Below are positions 47,031 through 57,780 of a stretch of DNA of 64,000 nucleotides, piece after piece. The notes under the pieces were generated by a model that was not told the DNA's origin, did no database searches, and worked only from the letters and a program-made list of their open reading frames with translations. This stretch comes from Camelus ferus (lineage: Eukaryota). Location of the stretch: contig NC_045696.1 of NCBI RefSeq assembly GCF_009834535.1, positions 89,778,001 through 89,842,000 on the forward strand, written 5' to 3'. Positions within the stretch are counted from its first letter, which is position 1. Every line of letters begins with the position of its first letter. A program made the translations under genes and the position numbers.

Positions 47031-49479
47031 TGTTCATTTTTCTTCACCATGCTGGTGCCAAAGCAACAGTTTCCTCATTCATGTGACCTAATTTTTTTCT
47101 GGTCTCAAAACCAATTAATCCTCAATCATATGCTTTAGCCAAGTTAGGCAGACATGAATTATGACCATTTACGAACAGCCAGCAGTATTTGACCATCTGT
47201 GTGTCCTGAGCACGATGCATTTATATATATCTTCACAACTGAATGGCATACATGTAGGAGGGGTGGGAACAACAGACTGACATTTAAACCATAACGCACA
47301 GAAGGCTGGGAGGAACCTATCGCCTGAATCCTGCTAGCGTGAAAATATCAACATTATCCAAAGGATTTAAATGAGACTCAGAGGCTCAAAATATAATGTT
47401 CAAGATATCCAGAACATAATCTAAAATTACCCAACACACATACACAAAATCAGGAAAATCACAACTCACAGGGGAAAAGACAATGAGTAAATGCCAATGA
47501 AAACACAACCCAGATGTCAGAATTGTCTGACAAAGACTTCAAAGAAATATTCTTTAATCAGGAGCACTTCTATATGTTATTTTACGTATAATACTATGAT
47601 ACTAAATGCGAAGAACCAACAGTTAGAATTATGAATATATAATTAATTTGGAGTCTTTAAACTGGATTAAATACTTAAGGGTAGTGTGGCTGTAGACTCC
47701 AACAGCATCTCAAACTCTGCCACTTCCTAACCATGTAATCACGAACAGTTCACTTTGCCTCTCTCATCCCTAGTTTCCTCGTCCTAAAATGGAAGCTAAC
47801 ATGGCTTACCCGATGGACTTCCTGTGAGGGTTAGAGGTCACTGCATAGTGCTGACATGCAGAATGAGAGCATTCAAGTTCATTTTCTCTCTCCCCTCCCT
47901 ACGTTAGCTTGCCAGTTGCTGCCAGCCCTGACCTTGAAATGGTGAGACTTTCTTCTTATTCTGGAAAAGGGCAGTCGTCTTTGGAGTCTACTTCTCTATT
48001 TCTGAACCAAGAATAATAAGAAGGAAATGAACACTTCTCCTTTAACCATGGTGCTATGCATTGCGTGATTTCTCTGGGGTGTTGGTTTACATGAGGCCCA
48101 ACGAAGAGCAGAGTAAGTCTTCTCTGAGGCACCTTCCAGAGGCCAGAAGAAGGGTTTGTTTCATGTTGGATGCACAAACACACTTGCTGATTATCTCCCA
48201 AAATGATTTATGTGTTTAACCTTTTCATTCATATTCATTGTATGGAAAAAAACATCGAATGTGTTGCTTTGAGACAGATTTAGATTTTTAATATTAAGAA
48301 TGGAAAAGTTGAATAGAGAAAGGAAAAGCTGAAGAAATCGCCCTTCACACCGACCTGATGAACGTGACAATGGGGTCATGGGAGTTGAGAGCCAGAGGAG
48401 GTCTGGAGAGGCATCCAGGTCAGTGCCCTCATTTTGCACTCAAGGGAATTTATGGCTAAAGAGGGGATATAATTTTCATGACTTAGAAAAAGACTGTCTA
48501 TATAAATACCTTTTCTAAAGTGTCATTTTCCATAAAAGCATGTAGACATATACAAGAATGAGGTCAGGGAATGTGTTGTGTTCACTGCTATGTCCCCCCA
48601 GCTCCTAGAAGACTTGATAGGCTCTCAACAAATATCTGTTAAATGAATGTAGAAATCTTCAGCTCCTGGAGAAGAGTACCACATGCCCTGGGATGGTTTA
48701 AAAGAATATCCAAATAGAAGAGTTTAAAAATTCTTTTTTCAGTTCAGAAAAATAATTACTACAAAAGATCGCTATCTGAAAGGAATCCACACAACTAGCA
48801 AGGAGGATGTCTTTGCAGCCTCATTTGCTCTCTCCACTCCCATCCCAGCTTCTGTGCCTCTACCTCTCTTGTGGTTCTGCTCTGACATCCCAGCCCAGCC
48901 TGGACCTAGGTAACATCTGCAGATGCTACAGCTGTGCCTGTCCCCTGCTTAGCAGAACTGCCTTCCTGCTGGGCCATGGGGCATTAGGAGCTGGCTTTGT
49001 AACTAGGTCCCAGCCTTTCATTACTGATACAAAAGTTCTTGCCTCTGTGAAATTTCATAGTGCAACCTTGCTCCCCATAGCCCCAAAGCACCATTTTGGA
49101 CCCCTGCAATTGATTGGTTCCTTTCAAACCAGGAAAACAGATTTTCTCCAAGTGCGCTAGAGGTCTGTTAACACATCGCTATACTTCATAATGGTTGCCC
49201 TGCAGGCGTTTGTGGTATGCCATCTAAACTTGTTCTCCCAACTGCAACTATGTACTGATGTTGAATTCTTGCTAAATATGTTGTCATGTCAGGATGTGAA
49301 TTGATCATATGTCCCTGTTTGCACAGGACAGTCCTGATGAATGCCCAAGAAAAGAGCCCCCTTTCACTGTAAAAAAGTAACTCAATTTGAGCAACAACCT
49401 TTAGGTTAAGAGATGCAGTCTAATCTCTAATAGGACACTAGCTGATAAGACATTAAACCTGGTATGCAGTGATGAACTT

Positions 49480-49712
49480 GGTTAGTGGTTAAGAACATCA
49501 GCTTTGGGTTCAAAATCTGGCTTTACAACTCACTAGTTAAATGATTTTGAGTGGAACTGTTTATCTTTTCTACACCTCAGTTCCTCAGTTGTAAGCTGGG
49601 CTTGATAACAGTAACTTCCTCATTGGTTTGTTTCGAGGTTTAAACAAGATAATATATACAAAGCAGTTAGCACAAACCCAGGTATGTACTAAGCATTTGA
49701 TAATTGATAGTT
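49480..49712 (+). mobile_element. MIR SINE
   Basis: tagtggttaagaaca...gggttcaaaatctggct...cctcagttcctca...aaagcagttagcaca. Confidence 0.8.
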
Positions 49713-50644
49713 GATTTTGACAGTTGCATCAAGTGATACGTGGTCTCCTTTCTTGCCCTCGTCTTGCTATTCTCTTTCATTTCAACTCTAGACTTTTCTC
49801 TAGGACTACACTTCATTTTCCATATAATAAAAGATGTCACAGTCTTGGTCTTCACGCCTCATGAATGAGGTCTGGTTCAAGATCTTGAGCTTTACAAAGT
49901 GACTTCTGGGTCTGATGAACACACACCTAAATTTTAATAGCTGTCTCAGGGTTACATGAAAGTAATTCTCAGGGTATGATCTGTGGCCCAGTGCCAAGCC
50001 AGGAGAGTCCACATAATGGCCTGAGAACTGGGTCAAACATGCAGGTGTTTCATTTTATTGTTACGGATTAATGACATGTGACTTCATAGGCTTCTGTTTA
50101 ATAAAGAATTAAAGGTTTCTTAGTAACAGTTTTTAAAAGCTGTTATTTATTTTGTTCTGGATTATTTGGTTAATTCTTCAACCAAATAATTCTTCTGTAT
50201 ATTGGGGCATCAACATTAATTTTTGACCTGTTATTTTCCAGTCAATACTCTTTAAAAGGTACATGCTACAGTGCAAGTAGGAGTCACCTATACTCTTACT
50301 GGTACGGCAGATGTACATTTAATTTATATATAAATTTAATGTAGAGTTAAATTATAATTAATTAACTGATACAAAATTACTTGTAATTTTTGTTTCTACA
50401 GAAACACTTCTTGGTTATCCCTATGTCCTGTTTGCTTATTAAAGGAATGGAGAGAGCTGGTGGGCCATGAGATCTTTGTCCCTTGTCACTGGGCTTCTGT
50501 CCAGTTGAGAGTCACTGGCCCATGGCCTTCCATGACTCCTCAGTTGGGTACAAGATCACCCATGTGTGTGGGGGGCTCTCACATTCATAAAGGTTTGGAT
50601 ATTCGAGAGATATTACTATAACTCACAATGTGTGCAGAGAGGAC

Positions 50645-50820
50645 GGTTAAAAGAGCATGAGTTTTGGAGTCATGCAGCCCTGGCTGTGCGCCCTGGTTTT
50701 AGCTGTTGTTAGTTGTCCATACTTGAACAAGCTATTTAACCTTTTGGAATATGTTTTCTTTTAAGTAGGGCTAAAAATAGTACCTATCATCTACAGATGG
50801 TGTGAGGATTAAAATAGTAT
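50645..50820 (+). mobile_element. MIR SINE
   Basis: agagcatgagttttggagtca...cttgaacaagctatttaacc...aatagtaccta...tgtgaggattaaa. Confidence 0.75.
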
Positions 50821-53329
50821 CCCAAGATACCTTCCAAATCCTTTCACTTCCCTGCATTTCCACTGTCTCTGAGTTGGCTCACCTGCAGAGACCACCAGGA
50901 TCACGGGCACTGCCTCTTCATTGTTCTCCTAGCGGGCAGTCTCGCATTCCTGCTACCATTCTACTGCCATGGTTACTCTTCCAAAGTTACTTTATCGAAA
51001 GAGCCAATGAGGCAGCTGATTCTCCAAGTTAAAACTCCCCCATGACTATCCCTGCCCTACCAGAACCTTCATCGTGGCTCTCAAAGCCCTTGCTAACTTG
51101 CTGTGATCACAGAAATCCTTGAGAAGAGTTCTGACAGGGGAATTTTCTCAAATTTCAGTCATATTTACCTGTCTTTATCAGAACAGTACTTCAGACACAG
51201 GCCTGACTGCATTACCACTAATCTTGCTTTGTTGAGGGCTCAGAAATGACACTGCCTGCTAGGAACTGAAATAGGTAAGACTTCACGACAGGCAGCCAAG
51301 GAGATGTGTACCAGCTCTGAGGTGCTTCCAGAAGTACAGCACCGAAAGAAAAAAAAAAAGGTCTTTTGGGACCTGTCTCTTTCTCCTCCAGAAGAAAAGT
51401 CAATAGGCCTGGCCAGGTTACCTTTTACCAGTATTGTGGGAACACACTGGAGAAGCAACCTGGAACAAGAGAAGGCACCTGGATTTACAGATGTTTGCCA
51501 TCTGGTTGCCATGCCTTTAACTTGCTATGCATCAGTATTCAAGCCACTCCAAACTTCTAGGCCTTGGTTGCTTCATCTGTAGAAAGTAGAAGTTGGCTTT
51601 AATGGCTCTTAAGGTCCAGCTATGTTATTCTATAAATCTATGATTCTGGGGTAAACAGCAAAAGAAGAACAAAAGGAAAGAAAAAAACCTTTGTTCTTCT
51701 GCTGATGGAACAGAGTAATGGATGAATGGATAATGTTTTCTATGTGCTCATTTGTTCAATAAATACTTATTACGTGTGTACTATGAGCAAGATCAGAGGC
51801 TAGGACCTTGACCTGAGGACTGGACTTAAACAAAAGTACATTGAGTTCCAGAAGTGGCTTTTATACAGATATGCATTGCACAACTTAATTGCTTTCAGAC
51901 AAATGCCCTACTGAGCCTAGAAATCTAAAGGTTTTCCTTAGAGAATGTATCATATTTTTTAAACTTTAAATGGCTTCTGTATTATGTATTAAAGCCCTGC
52001 AATAAAAGAAAAAGAGGCCCTGAACTGCCACCTTGAAATCTAACATTTGGATGAAATAATTTTAATTCATGAATTCATCAGGATTGCTATCAAAATGATT
52101 GAAGGCAGCAAAAAAATTCTAGGAGAACTGGACCTTTAAGAACTGATTTTTTGTTGGCAGAGGAAACATGTCCACTATAATGGGACAATTTAAATGCATA
52201 ACTGTTAAAACAAACTCTTTAAACTATTCCCTGCATGTCCCAACATTCATCATGTTGACTAGCAAGACATCAATTTTTCATAAAATACTGTATAACAGAA
52301 AAGGAGACATTTAAAGGAGAGGAAAAAATTGAATTCGCTGTTTCAGCTCAGGCTCTGATGATTTCGGCATTTTATAAGGTGATTAACTGATTGTATGAAG
52401 GGAAAAAGCAAGTGGTACTTCACAGAGCTCTACAGATTGAGTTCTCTCTTCTGTTTTTATTTTTTTTCCTTCCTTAAGCCCCCTGAATTTTCCCCCTCCC
52501 TGAGGCACTGCATACATGGCAAGAAGAATGAGCTGGCCACATGACAAAGCCTAAACTATTGTGCCTTCCCTTCTGCCTCAACAGATGCCAGGACTAGCTG
52601 CCCACATGTGGCAACATGGATTAGAACAGGGCACAATTCTGTTTGGTTGAAATTGAATACCCCTAATGCATTTTACCTTGCCAAAAGGAAAAAAGGTTAA
52701 AGATAAAAAATTTTTTTTAATCTTTTAAAGGCTACTCCTAATACTTTTAAATTATCATGGGAGCTGGATTTATTTATTTCTTATTGAATTCACTTCAGTC
52801 CCTCAATTGTTTGGTGTCCGTAATCCCCTTCTTTAGCAAAAATTCTGTGTGAAACCTGGGCTGAAGGGCTTTTGGGTCAGATTATACAGAACCTCCAGGA
52901 AACGTTCTCTGGTTCACCCTGTTTTTGTGCACAACAGCTAAGCCTCATCATTGTCCCAGAGTAGAGCTCCACGGTATCACCAAATAAAATCTTATTTTGT
53001 AGTAGTAAAATCTTATTTTGGCACAGTAAAGTTTATTTTGATTTTGAATAAGAACAGATGGTGAAAGCCATAGCAAAGATCATGCAATAAAGAACTTCTT
53101 GTCTCATAAAAAGCAATGACTTTAATATTATGCTGATATCTAATTTTCAAAAAGGTATAATCCTGACTCGCATGCAGATATAAAGTGACCACATGTCAAA
53201 GATTGCTTTCAACTCATAAATTAACAGGGGAATCGGTAATGTTTTAAGACCAGTTCAAAGGAGAATTTGAAGAATAAACATTATAAATATATATATAGGC
53301 AAGCAGGAATGGTGAAATGAAGGTGCTAG

Positions 53330-53366
53330 TAAGAGTCTCATGCTCTACCGACTGAGCTAGCTGGGC
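53330..53366 (-). pseudogene. 3'-truncated tRNA-Lys(CTT) copy (5' half, positions 1-37)
   Basis: Minus strand reads GCCCAGCTAGCTCAGTCGGTAGAGCATGAGACTCTTA, 36/37 identical to the vertebrate tRNA-Lys-CTT 5' half. The single G>A is at a CpG. It stops one base after the CTT anticodon, with no T-arm or B-box. Confidence 0.9.
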
Positions 53367-53809
53367 GCCAGGAATGTGCTAACAGATGCAAAACTGGTTA
53401 ATATTCCATAGGGCAACTGAATGTAATGTTTGAGGTTATCTTTTTCCATAGGGTAGAAATCAATTGCTTTTCTACAGGACATAATTAATTTACATTCTTA
53501 TAGACAAGAGTCATTTGCATTAATATATGTTTTCTACAACTTAAGTTCTACTCATTCAGAGTTATAAAATAGCCTAGTCAATTGAAATATAAAGGCACAC
53601 ACACCTTATGAAATCAGATGATCCACGGAGAGTCCACTGGATATCTATATTCCATTGAAAGAACACCTAGTAATCTCCTTTGCCTATTTCCAACTCTTGA
53701 ACAAATCTTCCAAACAACTTAAGGTAAGAGAGTCATCATATTTCCTTGCCTTACTCTTGGTTTGTCACAGTAATGCAACATTTAGATTGTTCCAACATTT
53801 TTTCCTGTA

Positions 53810-54580
53810 AGGAGTAATATTTCACTGATTATCCTTATAAATGTATTTTAATACATATTTACTAGTATTTATAGGGGAGAGTTTCCTATTAATTGAATTA
53901 CTAGGTCAAAAGGCATGACCATTAAAGAGAGATGAAACAGCCAAACTGTCCCCCCAAAATGCTGTGTCAATCTTATTTTCAATAAAAAGTATATGGGGGG
54001 GTCACCACATCCCCAAACATTGCTAACACTTAATACTTTATATCTTTGAAATTTTTTCTGACTGATAGGGGAAAACTTTTGTTTTTACATGTCTTTCCAT
54101 GATGATTAGTAATGTAGGAAAAAAAATATATATCAGAATTGTTGTGATGATTAAATAAATAAAGCACTTAAAACAGTCCTTGACGTTTAATAAAACAGTA
54201 TATATGTAGACTTCATTCACTTTCTTTTGAAAAAATGTTTTAAATTCTAATTAATTTTAGGACCTTTCTCTACACTGGGGACATTAAACCTTTGTCCAAT
54301 ATAAATACTGAGATATTTGACCTCAGTGAAATATGTGTGTGTGTGTGTGTGTGAACACATATTCATTTAGGTCAAATCTCTCAGTATTTTATTTCCTAGG
54401 CCCAGGGTATTATGATTTCCCATGAAAGATATTTCTCAATCAAAGCTTATAAAATATTGCCTACTGCTTTATAAATTTTTCCACATTTAGATTTTTAGTC
54501 CATCTGGAATTTATTTCGTATATGGTATGAGAACAGGATATGCCTTTATATCTATTTGTTTTCAGATGGATAAACTATTG
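53810..54580 (-). mobile_element. Old L1ME-like fragment
   Basis: gaattactaggtcaaaaggcatg...gccaaactgtcc...tttagtccatctggaatttatttcgtatatggtatgag. Confidence 0.65.
54303..54389. repeat. Imperfect ~35-bp inverted repeat enclosing a (GT)n microsatellite
   Basis: Left arm aaatactgagatatttgacctcagtgaaatatgtgt. Reverse complement of right arm aaatactgagagatttgacctaaatgaatatgtgt. Three mismatches and one gap. Confidence 0.9.
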
Positions 54581-54639
54581 AAATGTAAGGTAGAACATGA
54601 TTTTCTTTCCCTATGTTGGCACCTCACTTTGATTTATTA

Positions 54640-55420
54640 AACACTCTGCAAACATTTATTGAACACCTACTCTGTGCCAGCTACTTTTCTAGGCCTTTGA
54701 AATAGGTCAGTTAGAGAAACAAAGGTCACTGCTCTCATATGGCCTGCATTCCGGCAGATGGAATCAATCCACAAGTTTATAAGTGCTATTTGGAAAAAAG
54801 TAGTAGAACAGGGTAAATAGGCAGGCTGTAATATTAAATATGACGGCAGGTCAGCCTCCCCGAGAAGGTGATATCTGATCAAAAACTTACAAGAGGTAAG
54901 GTCGTTCATTAGTCAGACAGATATTTGGGGAAGAGTCTTCCAGGCAGATGGAGCAACCAGTGTGAAGGCCTGAAGGTAGGATACGCCTGGCAACTCAAGA
55001 AACAGCAAGGGGGCCAGGTGGCTGAAGTGGAGGGGGTGAGAGGATGGTAGGAACGAGGGTAGAGAGGCGATGAGAGGAGGAAGATCCTGTAGTATGTGTA
55101 GGCTTTTGCCCTAAGAGAGATGGGGAGCCATGGAGGGTTGGGGAGGAAGAATGACTTGATGACTAAAGTTTTAAAAGGATAATTCTGGCTGTTGTGTTGA
55201 GAACAGACCACTGGGACAAGATTGAAGCAAGGAAATTAGTTAGAAATTTATTACAGAAATCCAGGCAAGAAATGATGATGGCTCACCGAGTATAACTGCA
55301 AAAGTGGTAAGACATGCTCTCACTCTTGATATATCTGTAAGGCAAGGCATCAGGGTTTCTGAGCGGCTTAGCTATGGGATGTAACACAAAGGTGTCGAGG
55401 ATGACTCCAAATTGAGGACC
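54640..55420 (-). mobile_element. L2a 3' region
   Basis: caaacatttattgaacacctactctgtgccag...ggggaagagtcttccaggcaga...gaaggcctgaagg...tggggagccatggaggg...aggatgactccaa. Confidence 0.88.
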
Positions 55421-55954
55421 TAACACAAATATGATTTTTAAAAATTAGGAAGAAAGCAAGCCTATAGTAAATAAATTTCAATTTCGATTTTCTAAAACAA
55501 AAAGCTTTATATTCACTGAACAGTTGGTCCCAAGAAATGCAAGCCAGTGATATATGCATCAGGGTGACAAACAGGAATCAGGGCTTGTTAAGTTCAGAGG
55601 TCTGCTCTCTAGCACTCATAATGCACTGTGTCCACCTTGTGCTGGCTGTTCACTTGAAACTTTTCTGTTTTTATTTTATTAATCCAACCTTTGTGTAACC
55701 GTGAAAACAAACTGTCCTAAATAATTCACCTCACTCAAGAGTACTTGTAAGCAATCCACAGTAAATTAAGCATCTCCTTGTACATGTAGTTTATGAGGCA
55801 GTTAAAATTTGCCCACGTGAAAGTGACACTTATGAACACTTATGAGTAGTTATGAACCACTGCAGATTGTGCAATTCCACACATAACACATCTTTTACTA
55901 GTATGTGGTCCACTCTCCAAGAAAGATGCAACGGGAGCTGGTGAAAACTGCTTG

Positions 55955-56770
55955 GGTTTTGGAGTCAGACCAGACTGTAGTTGGATCCTAGCTTTGATAA
56001 TTACTAGCTGTGTAGCACTGAAAGAGATGCTAAACCTCTCTGAACCTCACTCACTTTCTTCTTCCTTTTTTTTAAATGGAAGTACAATTATAATTGTCTA
56101 TCTATAGTGTACAGCACAATGTTTCAATTGTGCATATACATACATATATTCATTTTCATATTTTTTCCATTAAAGGTTATTACAAGATATTGAACATAGC
56201 TCCCTGTGCTATACAGAAGAAACTTTCTTAAAAATCTATTTTTAAATATAGTGGCTAACATTTGTAAATCTCAAACTCCCAAATTTATTCCTTCCCACTC
56301 CCTTTCCCTAGTGACCATAGGATTGTTTACTAAGTCTGCTACTTCGTAGATGAGTTCATAGTGTCCCCCCCCCCTTTTTTTTTTTTGGATACCACATATG
56401 AGTGGTATCATATGGTATTTTTCTTTCTCTTTCTGGCTTACTTCACTTAGAATGACGATCTCTAGGTCCATTCATGCTGCTGCAAATGGCATTATTTTAT
56501 AATTTTTTATGGCAGAGTAGTATTCCATTGTACAAATATACCACAGCTTATTTATCCAGTGGTCTATTGATGGACATTTAGGTTGCTTCCATGTCTTGGC
56601 TATTGTACTTAGTGCTGCTATGAACATTGGGGTGCACATATCTCTCACTCACTTTCCTATCTGTAATCTTGGGACAACAATTTCCATTCTGATTGGATAT
56701 TGTGAGGATTTAAAACAATGTATGTAGTGTCTGGCACCTGGCAGGTGCTAAGCAAATAGAGATATTATCA
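55955..56770 (+). mobile_element. MIR SINE split by L1 (55955-56058 and 56644-56770)
   Basis: tttggagtcagac...aacctctctgaacctca | ctttcctatctgtaa...tgtgaggattt...tctggcac. Confidence 0.8.
56059..56643 (-). mobile_element. 5'-truncated L1 3' end (camelid-like) with perfect TSD
   Basis: ORF track 56271-56471 MDLEIVILSEVSQKEKEKYHMIPLICG is the L1 ORF2 terminus. T-rich tail at the left end. 13-bp TSD ctcactcactttc at 56046-56058 and 56644-56656. Confidence 0.94.
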
Positions 56771-57589
56771 TAGTACATGATATACAATTATTAATGTCTG
56801 CTATTATATATTGTTACATAAAGTTATTATATTTTAATATTGGCATTGCTGTAAGTTCTATATATTAATATAATAATAATAGTAGTAACATGACAGTGTT
56901 ATCTAAGGCAGATTCAAAGCAGAACTGATCCTATATATTTTATTAGAAGACATAGGAAAGTTCTATCTGACATGTCACGTCAAGAGTTTTGGTGGCCTAT
57001 ATATCACTAGTTGCTTGGATGAAAAGGAGATACACAAAATAAAAATGTGTCAGCCTTAAACACATCAACAACTGATGGTTAACAAAGCAGCCAGAAGCTG
57101 TTTCCTGATGTGATGATGAATCTGCAAGAGCTGGGAGTGAGAAAGACTATTCTCTCCAAGGCCCACTTGCAAACAGGATTTGTACTGTCAACCACCCTCT
57201 CGGGATTTTAGGACTGCCTATCTCTGTCATGGCATTTCTCAATGAAAGAACTTTGCAAATATTTCCAGAGACCTTCTGACACTCAAGGAAACTTGACTTA
57301 GAATTTCAAGCTAGATATGCATGATTTAAAATTTTTTCCCTTCTGCTATATTTTCTGTAACATTGATTGATTAGATTGGGATGTGAGTTCAAATTATAAG
57401 TTGGATTCACATCCTTAGCATCAAATGTGGGTTCTGAAGTGCAAAACTTTAATCGGTGATTCCCTGCCAGAAAATAAAAAGATGATATTTGGGGACTTCA
57501 AATGGGTCAAAGCACTCCTGATTTTTTATGCAGTTCTCTTGGAAAAGCTCAGGACGTATCAGATGACTCTCTGGCACAGGCTGCAGATG

Positions 57590-57780
57590 TGTGAACAGAG
57601 TCTCAATACACTGAGCACCTTTTACTGAACCAGCAACTGTGCACAGCACTGTCCTAGGCTTCATCTCACTGGTCCTTGGAACAAGGCAGATGTTATTACT
57701 TCTGTTTTACAGATGAGGAAACTGATGCCAGAAGGGATTAGGTAACAAGACAAAGTCCACATACCAGGTACTCGGCACAG
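57590..57780 (-). mobile_element. MIR SINE (with adjacent tail)
   Basis: gcactgtcctagg...ctgttttacagatgaggaaactgatgccaga. Confidence 0.75.

Noticed and set aside
53330..53366. Functional tRNA-Lys gene
   Set aside because: No 3' anticodon stem, T-arm/B-box or 3' acceptor strand, so it cannot fold into a cloverleaf or be a complete Pol III gene.
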